Source: Syntrophorhabdaceae bacterium (GTDB lineage: Bacteria > Desulfobacterota > Syntrophorhabdia > Syntrophorhabdales > Syntrophorhabdaceae). From it: DNA of 64,000 nucleotides. The position numbers were made by a program, and so were the translations under genes. Positions 9,242-18,711 of the stretch are shown piece after piece (position 1 is the first letter of the stretch; each line of letters begins with the position of its first letter). The notes beneath the pieces are model-generated. The model was not told the DNA's origin and searched no databases. It saw only the letters and a list, made by a program, of their open reading frames with translations. The DNA lies in assembly GCA_963665295.1 (NCBI GenBank), contig OY762209.1:5152001-5216000 (forward strand). Direction: 5' to 3'.

Positions 9242-9553
9242 TTAGCAGCTACATGACCCGCATGTGTTTTTTTCTGTCAGTTTTGAGGTGATTTTGAATC
9301 CGCCGCCCGCTGCAGTCTCGACGAAATCGACTCCTATGGGATTCACTTCTTCAAGGAGCCCCTTGTTTACCAGGAAGGTTACGCCTTCCTCCTTGAAAAT
9401 TTCATCATCTTCTTTTGGCCCGTCCAGAGCCATCCCCAGTGAGGGGCCCGATCACCCGCCTCCTGCCATCAGAATCCTGATGGCGCTGTCAAGGTTCCTG
9501 TCTTTCAGGAAAGCCTTGATCATTTCACTCGCCTTCTCGGTAACCTGAAACAT
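9242..9553 (-). CDS. IscA/HesB-like selenoprotein (103 aa, Sec at codon 34)
   Basis: ATG 9553 with AAGGAG SD: MFQVTEKASEMIKAFLKDRNLDSAIRILMAGGG-UGA-SGPSLGMALD...CGSCSC. The TGA (9452-9454) is in frame at the conserved GGC position; hairpin TGGCTC-TGGAC-GGGCCA follows; TTGACA-N16-TATTAT promoter at 9611-9638. Confidence 0.85.
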
Positions 9554-9679
9554 ATCCCGCTCCTTGTCGTAAATTTGTCACCCCTGTGTGCAGTGACAGT
9601 GAATATAATAATAATACCTATTGGCAGTGCTTTGTCAATGCCCCCCTGTCACCCCCCGTAATACCAACGAAATCCTCCG

Positions 9680-11101
9680 TTATTCCTGACGGCGATGCGG
9701 GTGGTCAGGGGTCGGGCTTGAAGATGTGGCCAGTCGGCTGAAACGTCTCACAAAAAACGTGATGGACCACGCCAGTACCGGAGAAAGCCAGATGACCGCG
9801 GCAATCAGGTCATTCTCCGCCCACTCTCCGAGAATGGAATATCGAATGGTCACATGATAGGCGAGGAAGACCGCCCAACTCAGAACGAGTCCTGCCGGAC
9901 CGGCCGAGAAGGGAAGAAGGGCTGCAAGGTAAAGGGCGTACCATGGGTGAAGGGTGGGGGCAAGGAGGAGATAGACAAAAGTGACGAGATAGAGGGAATC
10001 CATCAGACCCGGGGCGACAGGACTTCCCTGTTGCCGTGTCCTTCTCCTGAACAGGATGGTAATCACCAGAATGAGCGCCACCGACAGGGAGGCAAGGACC
10101 ATCCTGGTTTGGCTGCCCGAATCGAGCAGGGTCCGGAGGGTACGAAAGGCGGCATTGGCGAACTCCCAGTTCTGGAGGTAGATACCCAGACTCGCGAGCA
10201 TATGACTCAGGTCGGGAAGGAAGGGGATGGAGAAGAGGGCCAACGCCGAAACACATCCTCCTGCGAGGTACAAGGGGGCGATTGCGGCACACAAAAGCAC
10301 GGGAAGATAGATAAGGGGAATCACTTTTACGAGTATGGAGAGGGCGACTGCCGCTCCCGCGCCTGAATGCAGGACAATCGTCTTCACCCGAGCCGTTCCC
10401 CGAAGGCCCTTTTTCAGGTCCGCCCCTTCGCCGGAGCGGATGACGAGGGCGACTGCCGCAAAAAGAAACAGGACTGCCGCCACGTCTATGTGACCCGACC
10501 AGGCAATCTCGATGATAGGGAGAGGGTGCCACGCATAAAGGACCGCCCGCCACACGGGCAGGTTCATAGTCCTAAGAAGCGCGATAATGACCATACACGT
10601 CGCCATGTCCAGGGTGACGAGAACGACCTTCAGGCCGCCATAGCCTTTCGCGAGGGCCGCCCCTGCGGCAAAGATCACCTGGGCTGCCGGCGGATAAATC
10701 GTGTGGAACAGGGGATGGTTGACCTTGTTCAGGATTGTCGCGCTCCATCCGTCAAAGGCAACGGATGCCGCGGGAGTCCGACTGTAGGGGTTGTTTCCGT
10801 GAAGGGTTTGCAGGCCATCCCACAGGTACCGGTAGATATCGTCGGAAAGCTGGGGCGCCTGGAGCACGAAAAGGAGACGGCAGGCAAGGGCGAAACCGAG
10901 AATGGCCCCGGGGGAGAGTTGTATCTCCTCTTTCCCGCCCCCATAGAAGAGGACCGCGAGGAGTATGACCGCCATGGCGGTAACGCCCACAAGGATGGGT
11001 ATTGACACAGGTACATCCCTGCGAAGGGCGAGAAAGAGGTAGTCCGCAAAGAGAAGTAACCCCACGACCCGCGGGAGGGCCGCCCTGCAACCGATTCTCA
11101 T
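9680..11101 (-). CDS. Polytopic GT-C fold glycosyltransferase (GT87/DUF2029-like)
   Basis: LSDDIYRYLWDG...NPY, TIYPP, YAWHPL..E..WSGH.D, HPWY motifs; many TM segments; TAATG coupling to the upstream gene. Confidence 0.75.
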   Translation of the reverse strand: MRIGCRAALPRVVGLLLFADYLFLALRRDVPVSIPILVGVTAMAVILLAVLFYGGGKEEIQLSPGAILGFALACRLLFVLQAPQLSDDIYRYLWDGLQTLHGNNPYSRTPAASVAFDGWSATILNKVNHPLFHTIYPPAAQVIFAAGAALAKGYGGLKVVLVTLDMATCMVIIALLRTMNLPVWRAVLYAWHPLPIIEIAWSGHIDVAAVLFLFAAVALVIRSGEGADLKKGLRGTARVKTIVLHSGAGAAVALSILVKVIPLIYLPVLLCAAIAPLYLAGGCVSALALFSIPFLPDLSHMLASLGIYLQNWEFANAAFRTLRTLLDSGSQTRMVLASLSVALILVITILFRRRTRQQGSPVAPGLMDSLYLVTFVYLLLAPTLHPWYALYLAALLPFSAGPAGLVLSWAVFLAYHVTIRYSILGEWAENDLIAAVIWLSPVLAWSITFFVRRFSRLATSSSPTPDHPHRRQE

Positions 11102-12585
11102 TACGCCTTCTCCGGCTCCCGTCCTGCGAAAAATTCCGTGAAGTCCATGCATATGACAAGGAGGAACCCGAAGGGAAAGACAAGGAGGAATGGAACGGCG
11201 AACCATGTATTTCTCGCCAGTGCATACCAGACAGGGAGCAGCGTGTACGCAAGGAAGAGGATGTTGATGAGGATATGGGAAAGGGGCCGCTCGCGATAGA
11301 GAAAAGAGAGGGCCGGCATCTTTCCCCGCCCCTTGATGGCGTATTTGGGGGTCCTGTCGAACACGCCGCCCTTCTTGAAGAGGCCCTTGAAAACGGAGAG
11401 GGCGATGCTCGGCGCAAGGCCGATGGAAAATACGGGAAGGACGAGAAGGGCGCGTAGGCGCACCCGGCGTTCCTGGTCCTTGCGATAGAGGGCAAAATAG
11501 AGAAGGATGGCGACGCTGCTCAGGATAAAGAGGGGCACGTCAATACGGATGATCTCGTGGGGTCCTATGGCGGTCCTTGCCAGAATCGTGGGGTAGAGGG
11601 TCAAGGTCACCACGGTTCCGAACACCCATCCGAGATTGGCGAGGAGATGGGCCACGGCCTCCAGCTTCACGGCCAAGGGGAGGCGGGCCCTGAGGAGGCG
11701 GGGCAGTATCTTTCTCGCCGTCTGTATCGAACCTTTCGCCCACCGCTCCTGCTGGCAACGGAACGATGACATGGTGACGGGCAATTCCGACGGCACCTCG
11801 AGGTCATCGAGGTAGCGAAACCGCCAGCCCGCAAGCTGGGCCCGGTAACTGAGGTCGAGATCCTCCGTCACTGTGTCGGCCTGCCAGCCTCCCGCCGATT
11901 CAATTGCACTCCGCCGCCACACGCCGGCGGTGCCGTTGAAATTGAAAAAGAGGTTCCTCCTGTACCTCACCCAGTGTTCAATTCCGAAGTGGGGGCCCAG
12001 AAGAAGGGACTGGACAGAGGTGAGCCACGAATGGTCCGTGTTCAGGAATCCCCATTTCGCTTGTACCATGCCGATATTCCCGTCATCGAAGCACGGTATG
12101 GTCCTGTGGAGAAACTCGGGAGAAGGGATGAAGTCGGCGTCGAAGACCGCGATGAATTCGCCTTTCGCAACCTCCATGCCGTGGCTGAGCGCCCCTGCCT
12201 TATAACCTCGCCTGCTGTTTCTGCGAATCACCTTCATATCGACGCCTTGCCCGGACCAGTAGGCCGCCCGTTCATCGACTATGAGGCCCGTGTCGTCGGT
12301 GGAATCGTCGAGGACCTGTATTTCGAGCCTGTTTCCGGGCCATTCCATGGCGGCGGCGGCGTCAAGAAGACGGGCCGCTACAAACCGTTCATTGTAGAGG
12401 GGTAGCTGAACGGTGACAAAAGGGGTGTCCTTCCACGAAAGCCCCTCCCCGTGACGGAGCGGTTCGACAGGCTCAAGCCTCTTCTCCCTGTACCAGTGGG
12501 AAAGGAGCCAGATCCGATGCAGCCCGTAGAGAGCGAGGCCGGAGATTGCGGCAAAATGGATCAGTACCCAATAATCGGAAATCAT
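11101..12585 (-). CDS. Cellulose-synthase-like GT2 glycosyltransferase
   Basis: TVQLPLYNE, VLDDSTD, KAGAL, FDADF, TEDLD, QQERWAKG (D,D,D,QxxRW); N- and C-terminal TM helices; GGAGG SD. Confidence 0.9.
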   Translation of the reverse strand: MISDYWVLIHFAAISGLALYGLHRIWLLSHWYREKRLEPVEPLRHGEGLSWKDTPFVTVQLPLYNERFVAARLLDAAAAMEWPGNRLEIQVLDDSTDDTGLIVDERAAYWSGQGVDMKVIRRNSRRGYKAGALSHGMEVAKGEFIAVFDADFIPSPEFLHRTIPCFDDGNIGMVQAKWGFLNTDHSWLTSVQSLLLGPHFGIEHWVRYRRNLFFNFNGTAGVWRRSAIESAGGWQADTVTEDLDLSYRAQLAGWRFRYLDDLEVPSELPVTMSSFRCQQERWAKGSIQTARKILPRLLRARLPLAVKLEAVAHLLANLGWVFGTVVTLTLYPTILARTAIGPHEIIRIDVPLFILSSVAILLYFALYRKDQERRVRLRALLVLPVFSIGLAPSIALSVFKGLFKKGGVFDRTPKYAIKGRGKMPALSFLYRERPLSHILINILFLAYTLLPVWYALARNTWFAVPFLLVFPFGFLLVICMDFTEFFAGREPEKA

Positions 12586-12598
12586 GGTCTGCCTCCGG

Positions 12599-13675
12599 TC
12601 AACCTTCGAAGTGGTGGAGGCGTTCCGGGCCGTTCCCGCAATATTTGCCGGCCTCACGATTCCCCGGCGACTCTACCTGGCCGAAACACCCGGAGCCTTC
12701 GCCCGCGGTGCAGGCAAAGCAATGGTCATCGAACCGGATGGGGATCACTTTCCGAAGCGCCATTTCCAGGTCACTCAAATGCAGGGGTCCCCCCTTATCT
12801 CCGGGCAAGGCCATCCCGACAGCCTGGTTGAAATCGCAGTTGTAAAGGTTCCCCGCCCAATCCACGTTGATAAGAGACCTGCACATGAGGAAAGGGAGGG
12901 TGGCGGGATTGAAAGTCTCCGCCAGGGTGCGCAGGTAGGTAGCCAGACCGCCCCGGGCAACGAGCTGACCCCGGAAACGGCCAACAGGGACATTAGTGAG
13001 GACGATAAGACGGGTGAAGCGGATGCCGAAGCCGGCCATAAGCTCCTGCCGGTACCGGGTCTCCAGGTCTTTCTGGGGGCCGGGAAGTGTGTCGCCCCCC
13101 GGGTTATAGACCAGAGTCAGTTCATGGCTATCTCCGTAGCCGAGGTCATTCAGTTTCCGCAGGACCGCAACAGACCGCTTGAAAACGCCGGTCCCCCGCT
13201 GCCGGTCAACGTTTTCAGGGGTAAAGCAGGGAAGAGATGCCACAAGGGCGAGATCATGGTCTCTATAGAATTCGGGAAGGCCTGTCATGCCCTTTTCTGT
13301 GGCGATGACCAGATTTGTCCTCACCGACCGCCGCATGCCCAGCCCGTCGGTCCCTGCGATGAGATAGGAGAAGTTCGGGTTGAGTTCGGGACATCCGCCG
13401 GTGATATCGAGGTCTATCCCCCCGTGTCTGCGAAGAAAAGCGACGGCCCCGTCAATAACCCCCTTGTCCATGATCTTCTCACCTTCCGGCGAGGCGCCAA
13501 CGTGGCAGTGGGCGCACGCAAGGTTGCACCGGTTACCCAGGTTGAGTTGCAAGGTGCGCAAGGTTTCAAACCGGGGAAAAGGGAGGTCTGTACTCCCTAT
13601 TCTCTCCCCGAAGCAAAAGGCGGGAAGCCGGGTAACATCGCCCGTCCCGGCGTGATCGGTAAGGTGAACTGACAT
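12599..13675 (-). CDS. arsS: Radical SAM/Cys-rich domain protein, ArsS-like (TIGR04167-type)
   Basis: TLQLNLGNRCNLACAHCHV, DITGGCPELNP, ASLPC, LVYNPGG, LMCRSLINVDW, CDFNQ, HCFACTAGEGSGC. Confidence 0.85.
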   Translation of the reverse strand: MSVHLTDHAGTGDVTRLPAFCFGERIGSTDLPFPRFETLRTLQLNLGNRCNLACAHCHVGASPEGEKIMDKGVIDGAVAFLRRHGGIDLDITGGCPELNPNFSYLIAGTDGLGMRRSVRTNLVIATEKGMTGLPEFYRDHDLALVASLPCFTPENVDRQRGTGVFKRSVAVLRKLNDLGYGDSHELTLVYNPGGDTLPGPQKDLETRYRQELMAGFGIRFTRLIVLTNVPVGRFRGQLVARGGLATYLRTLAETFNPATLPFLMCRSLINVDWAGNLYNCDFNQAVGMALPGDKGGPLHLSDLEMALRKVIPIRFDDHCFACTAGEGSGCFGQVESPGNREAGKYCGNGPERLHHFEG

Positions 13676-13707
13676 GAACGACTCCTTCAGGGGCTGCCAA
13701 GGCCCCG

Positions 13708-14223
13708 CTATTTTTTGTCACTGCATGGGTAAACAACGCCCAGGACTTTCTCTTCAAAGAGTATCCGACCGGGACGCCACGCGGTAAGACGGAGACGGCC
13801 GGCGGACTGCGCCGTATGGTTGCTCGGGACAAGCCATATTTTGCCGCGCCACAACCGCCATGTTCCTGTCAGGCCGAGTTCGCCCTCCTTATCGCTAAAC
13901 CCTTTCGCAAGAAGATCCCCCAAGGTTTCGCCGTCGTCGTGCCTCACCAGGGAATACCCCTTGAGGGGTTCCAGCTTCCGAGCGGTGAAGGTGAAGACGC
14001 CCGTACTCTCATCAAAAGAAAGGACACCTTTGGCTCCCCTGGAGACAACCTTCCATGTGGCCGGGTCTTTCGTATAGAGGTTCAGGGACTTCTGCGCGGT
14101 CCGGCTGCGGGCCGCCGGATCAGGAGGGCACTGGGGACCGCCCGACACGCGGCCCGGAGTGAAGGCGAAAAGCACCACGGAGACGAGGGCCCATCCCCAC
14201 AGGCGATGAGACAGGGTAACCAT
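13708..14223 (-). CDS. Exported hypothetical protein
   Basis: Signal-peptide-like N-terminus from ATG 14223; tightly packed in the operon; function not recognised. Confidence 0.65.
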   Translation of the reverse strand: MVTLSHRLWGWALVSVVLFAFTPGRVSGGPQCPPDPAARSRTAQKSLNLYTKDPATWKVVSRGAKGVLSFDESTGVFTFTARKLEPLKGYSLVRHDDGETLGDLLAKGFSDKEGELGLTGTWRLWRGKIWLVPSNHTAQSAGRLRLTAWRPGRILFEEKVLGVVYPCSDKK

Positions 14224-14233
14224 GCTCGTGCCC

Positions 14234-15097
14234 CTACCGGGAACCTCGTTTCTGCCACGCCGCCATTCCACCCTCGTAGTTGCGGGCCGTGGGCAACCCC
14301 CCCAGTTGGTGGACAAGCCACGCATAGCCCGACCGTATACCTCCATAGCAGTAATAGACCACAGGGCGGGAGGTATCGACTCCATGACTCACAAGAAGCT
14401 TCTTTACATCCGCGGGGGCGAGGGGCCGCCGGTCGCCTCCGCGGTAGAAGTCCTCCCAGGAGATGTGGATCGATCCCGGTATCTTCCCTTTCAGCCGTTC
14501 AAAGGTGGAGCGGACATCGACTATGACAGGGGACCCTTTTCCCTGCTCCAGGTCCTCGGTGGAAATGTCCAGTTCCGGCTTCAGACTGACTTTATAGCTC
14601 GCCTTGGCAACGGCTCTCTTCTCCGGCCCTTTCGCCAGAGGGAATTCCTGGGTACGCCACGCCTGAATGCCCCCGTTGAGAAGCCGGATGGGACCTTTAT
14701 GACCAAGCCACGAGAGGACCCACGCGTCCCACCCTTCGCCTCCCCAGCTCTTGTCGGCATCACCATAGACGACCACGGGCGTATTCTCGTCTATCCCAAA
14801 GGCTCCGAGGGCAAGGGCGAGCTCTTTAGGAGGAAAGACGCGGTACTCCACACCCGACGGGTCCGTCCGTGTATAGTTCTCCCAGCAAAAGGAGTGCGCT
14901 CCAGGTATGTGGCCTGCTTCCCACTCCGATCTCGGGCGTCCGTCCAGAACGACCCATCGCGACCGGTTCCCGTTTAGGGAGGCCGCATCGATGAGTCCCA
15001 GGTCAGGGGCAGGGGCGGCTCCCGCCGGGGCGAGGGTTCCCGCCGCAATTGTGAGGAGGATTGCCAGTGTGGCTGCAATGAGGGATTTGTTCAGCAT
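14234..15097 (-). CDS. Tandem-domain rhodanese/sulfurtransferase with signal peptide
   Basis: LDGRP...GHIPGA, VVVYGD, LLNGG, IVDVRS...IPGS, YCYGGIRS active-site loop, YEGGM..W; AGGAG SD. Confidence 0.85.
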   Translation of the reverse strand: MLNKSLIAATLAILLTIAAGTLAPAGAAPAPDLGLIDAASLNGNRSRWVVLDGRPRSEWEAGHIPGAHSFCWENYTRTDPSGVEYRVFPPKELALALGAFGIDENTPVVVYGDADKSWGGEGWDAWVLSWLGHKGPIRLLNGGIQAWRTQEFPLAKGPEKRAVAKASYKVSLKPELDISTEDLEQGKGSPVIVDVRSTFERLKGKIPGSIHISWEDFYRGGDRRPLAPADVKKLLVSHGVDTSRPVVYYCYGGIRSGYAWLVHQLGGLPTARNYEGGMAAWQKRGSR

Positions 15098-15111
15098 ACT
15101 TACTCCTTTTA

Positions 15112-15930
15112 TCATTTTTCCGCTCCCCTGCGAACAAAAGGACGAGCCAGGGAAATGGGATTCTTGTACCCTGGATTATCTTCTTCCAGCGCGGTATCCG
15201 CGCACCCTTCCCCCCGCCACAACTCCCGGCCGATGACCCAGAGTATCTTGGAGCCCGCACGGAGGACGCCGACCAGGGTGCGGCTTATTTTCGACTGTCC
15301 CGCAACCCTCACGTGATAGGGCAAGGGACACTCCACTGTCTTGAGATTTGCCCTGATCGCCTTGATCTGCATCTCCACCGTCCACCCGAAGTCCCTGTCG
15401 GTCATGTGCATGGCCATGAGCGCCCCCCAGGACACGGCCCTCATGGGGCCGAGGTCATGATATTCAACCCCCCAGAACAGGTCGATAAGGCGTGTGGCCA
15501 GCCAGTTTCCGAAACGCTGTTGCGGACTTAAGGCCTGTCTCGCGTCAGGCACTCTCCGGGCCAGGGCGAGATCGGCTTCATTATCAAGAAGAGGGCGAAC
15601 CAGAGTCGCGAGGTTCTCCACACCGTCACTGCCGTCCCCGTCGGCAAAAGCGACTATCCGGGGCGGGTCGTCTCTCAACGCGGCAATACCCGCGAGGCAC
15701 GCGCTTCCGTAACCGGGGGACCCTTCGAAGACCACCCGGGCGCCGTGGGAGCGGGCAATTTCGCCCGTCCCGTCCGTGGAGCCGTTGTCTACCACAATCA
15801 CCGTGCCGATCGAAGCAGGAACCCTTGACAGGACGGCGGGAAGCGACTGTGCTTCGTTGAGGGCGGGGATGATGAGCGCGATTCCATGAAGCGGGAACCG
15901 GGATAGGCCCTCTTGTAAGGCGTCACTCAC
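15112..15930 (-). CDS. GT2 glycosyltransferase, polyprenol-phosphate glycosyltransferase (DPM1)-like
   Basis: IIPALNEA, VVDNGSTDGT, GYGSAC, FADGDGSD, DLGPMRA, GWTVEMQIKA, R.AG.SKI; GTG start overlaps the upstream stop. Confidence 0.85.
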   Translation of the reverse strand: MSDALQEGLSRFPLHGIALIIPALNEAQSLPAVLSRVPASIGTVIVVDNGSTDGTGEIARSHGARVVFEGSPGYGSACLAGIAALRDDPPRIVAFADGDGSDGVENLATLVRPLLDNEADLALARRVPDARQALSPQQRFGNWLATRLIDLFWGVEYHDLGPMRAVSWGALMAMHMTDRDFGWTVEMQIKAIRANLKTVECPLPYHVRVAGQSKISRTLVGVLRAGSKILWVIGRELWRGEGCADTALEEDNPGYKNPISLARPFVRRGAEK

Positions 15931-17770
15931 CGGGGGCCTCCCCGGTCTTTCTACTCTTGAACCGTTTGTAGAACAAGGGAATGAGGGAAACAAGCACTAT
16001 CAACCCGACCCCGATGAGGGCCGCAGGTGAGACGCTCCCCCTGACGAGATCGAGAAGAGAACTGGAAAAGACGATAAAGGCGATACATGCGGGAAGCATG
16101 CAGATAAAGGTCGTTGCCACGTAATGAGTCAGTGGGACCTTGGTAAGGCCGAAAGCGTAGTTGACGAGATTGAAGGGAAACGCCGGGATGAGGCGCGCCA
16201 CGGCCACCGCCTTCCATCCATGTCTGGCTGTCTCTCTGTCCAGTCTTTCCCATTTGGGGCCGGAAAGCTTTTTAAGGACCCATTCCCTTGCCGCATACCG
16301 GGCCGTAAGAAAGGCGAGGGTCGCTCCCACTGTTGAACCGACAATAGTATAGACTACACCCCAGAAAGGACCGAAGAGGATGCCGCCTACAATGGTTATG
16401 GGTAGGCCGGGAAGGAAGAGGACGGGCGCGAGGGCATAGATGAGCATATAGATGGCGGGCGCGAGGCCGCCATACCCCGATATCAGGGCCCGCAGCCGGT
16501 CCTGTTGCAGGTAGTGCATCGCTCCCGACGCGTGGACGGAGATGATTGCCGCCGCGAGGACAATCACAAAAACCGCGAGCTTCCAGGGTCGTCTCGCGGG
16601 CCCCGCCTCGCCCGGTGTGAAGTTCCTTTCCCGTGTCGCCGCAAATCCCTCCATCCGGGAGTACGTCTTTTTGAGGCGAAGCCTGTTGAGGTACGTGAAG
16701 GGGGCTCGCGCCGCCTTGACCTTTCCCTCCAGGGCTTTTTCAGGTTCGAAGACGAGGTCGGCTACGTGGCTCGTTGCCGAGTGACTGCCAAGTGCGTTGA
16801 CGCACCCCGCACAGTAGGTGACCATTCGTCGTCCCCCCGCTTCTTTCTTGCGCATAAGTCCCCAATTTTCGGCCAGTTCCGGAGAGAGAAGATTGACTCC
16901 CCCGCCCTGGCCGCAACAGAGGGTTTCCCTGCCGCTGTGTTTCATCTCCTCCACGGTCAGACCAAGGCGTCTCAACAAACCACGCACCGCTTCGTGGGCC
17001 GGCTCAAGGTTCCGGGCCACACATGGGTCGTGAACCACCACCGTTCCCCGAAGGTCTCCGGTCATGGGTGTTCCGTTGTCCGCCAGGGCCTCATAGACGG
17101 TCTTCACCGCCGGCCCGTGATCGGGAGCGTTCAACATGTTATGGCAGTTGGCACACGCCACGAGGATTTCCTTCACCCCGTGACCGACAAGATACGCCAT
17201 CATTTCTTCGAGCATGGCCCGGGCGTGGCGCTCCCGTCCAAGGCTGTCGGAGGGCTTGGTACAGCAATCGAGGACAATGCCTGTCTTCGGGTCCGCTTTT
17301 CTCAGGGCGTCAAAGATTTGCTTTACCGCGGCGGGCCGCGAACCGGCGAGGCCGCAACCCGGAAAGAATACGGTGCTGCAGCCCTCGGGGAGCCCGTAGA
17401 AGGTGAAACGCCGGGATGTACCGAGTTTCTCGTAGGCAAGAAGCGGCTTATGTTCGTCGAAGGTTCCAAGGCCCCGGTCAACCGCTTCCCGCCGCATCTC
17501 AAGGAAGAGACCGCCGGGATCGATTCCCTTGGGACACAGATTGGCGCAAAGGCCGCAGAGGCTGCACTCAAAAGCACGGAGAAGGACCTTATCGCCCGAC
17601 CCGGCGAGTTCTTCGGCGATGGTCGCGGGGGTGCCGTACTTTTCGAGAAAAGCACATTCACCGACACAGATGTGACATTTCGTGCAGTCTGTCAGGGTGC
17701 GGTCAAGATGGGCCTGCAGAGGGCTCCGGTATGGGGTTGTGTTGGTCTCTCCTATCTCTGTCCTGTTCAT
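15923..17770 (-). CDS. Fusion of a 2x[4Fe-4S]/CCG-domain oxidoreductase subunit and a C-terminal TVP38/DedA (VTT) membrane domain
   Basis: CTKCHICVGEC, CSLCGLCANLCP, FPGC...DCC...CANC, HDPC...CCG...CAGC; then LPG.PIT..GG.LFGP..G, RLIP.FPFNLVNYAFGLT. Confidence 0.85.
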   Translation of the reverse strand: MNRTEIGETNTTPYRSPLQAHLDRTLTDCTKCHICVGECAFLEKYGTPATIAEELAGSGDKVLLRAFECSLCGLCANLCPKGIDPGGLFLEMRREAVDRGLGTFDEHKPLLAYEKLGTSRRFTFYGLPEGCSTVFFPGCGLAGSRPAAVKQIFDALRKADPKTGIVLDCCTKPSDSLGRERHARAMLEEMMAYLVGHGVKEILVACANCHNMLNAPDHGPAVKTVYEALADNGTPMTGDLRGTVVVHDPCVARNLEPAHEAVRGLLRRLGLTVEEMKHSGRETLCCGQGGGVNLLSPELAENWGLMRKKEAGGRRMVTYCAGCVNALGSHSATSHVADLVFEPEKALEGKVKAARAPFTYLNRLRLKKTYSRMEGFAATRERNFTPGEAGPARRPWKLAVFVIVLAAAIISVHASGAMHYLQQDRLRALISGYGGLAPAIYMLIYALAPVLFLPGLPITIVGGILFGPFWGVVYTIVGSTVGATLAFLTARYAAREWVLKKLSGPKWERLDRETARHGWKAVAVARLIPAFPFNLVNYAFGLTKVPLTHYVATTFICMLPACIAFIVFSSSLLDLVRGSVSPAALIGVGLIVLVSLIPLFYKRFKSRKTGEAPGE

Positions 17771-17778
17771 GTCTCTCC

Positions 17779-18624
17779 TCAGAAGAGCGATGTTTTGATG
17801 TACACGGCCAGGCTGAAGGTGCTGCCGGCCGATGTATTCTTACCATAAAGTTCCTTTATATACGAGCCCTCCAGTCCCCACGTCGGCCTCACTTTGTAAC
17901 CCAGGGCAAGATCGAGCTTGCCCAGGTCAAAATTATTCGTCGCCGTGGGATTGCCCCAACTTCCCATATTCGATCCGTTGTTGGCGCTTAAAGTCCCATC
18001 AAGCTTGGCCCTGCCGTAAAGCGGGGTTTTGCCGAAGTCCGAGCCGACTTCGGCGAGATAGCGGAACTCGTTTGACGGCGCTCCTGCCCGCCACCGATAC
18101 CCGGCCTCGATATTGCCGTAGCCCGGAATGAGAGGCCAGAAGGAGCGGCCGTAGAGCACTCTGGCTTCAAGATCATACTGGCCGTTGCCGAGCGGAAGAG
18201 CGTCGGTGCTGCCATAGAGACCCGGCACCTTGACGAGGACCTGCGTTGAAACAACGCCTTGTTTACCCTCAAGAAGCTTTATTCGGGCGCCGAGGTCGAT
18301 ATCGCCGAAACTCCTCGCGGCGAAATTGCCGCCCGTATAGTCGTTATGGAGCCATTTGTAGCTGAAGGAGGTGATGGCGGTGACGTAGTCGGTGATACCT
18401 ATCTCAAAATAATTACTGATGTTGCGGTCCTTGAACCTCCCATTGTTCGGGGTCCTTACCCGGTCTTTCGAAGAATCGAAGACATGGTCGGCATAGTAGT
18501 AGTTGAAGGCTATCTTCTCGTAGAAAACTCCCTTCGGCTGCGTCCAGGCGCCGGCAAATACGTTGGAAGAAAGGGCGGTAGCAAGGAGTAACATGACGAT
18601 AAAAGTTAACGAGGGTAATCTCAA
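17779..18624 (-). CDS. Putative outer-membrane beta-barrel protein
   Basis: Signal peptide ending FA-GAWTQPKG, alternating aromatic strands, GDIDLGAR, PLGNGQYDLE, C-terminal Phe; GGAGG SD with TTG start. Confidence 0.6.
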   Translation of the reverse strand: MRLPSLTFIVMLLLATALSSNVFAGAWTQPKGVFYEKIAFNYYYADHVFDSSKDRVRTPNNGRFKDRNISNYFEIGITDYVTAITSFSYKWLHNDYTGGNFAARSFGDIDLGARIKLLEGKQGVVSTQVLVKVPGLYGSTDALPLGNGQYDLEARVLYGRSFWPLIPGYGNIEAGYRWRAGAPSNEFRYLAEVGSDFGKTPLYGRAKLDGTLSANNGSNMGSWGNPTATNNFDLGKLDLALGYKVRPTWGLEGSYIKELYGKNTSAGSTFSLAVYIKTSLF

Positions 18625-18711
18625 CTTATTCCTCCAAGAATATACCGGGAAGGGCAGGCGGTGGTCCGCCCGTCCTTCCCGGCGGGTTCTCTTGCGTGGT
18701 CCCGTTCGGTC

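Noticed and set aside
12599..12700. Possible Sec readthrough in the ArsS-like gene
   Set aside because: The C-terminal motif has Cys (GSGC); the terminal TGA is followed directly by the next gene's SD.
16505..17848. 447-aa plus-strand ORF
   Set aside because: Antisense to the CCG/DedA fusion; no recognisable features.
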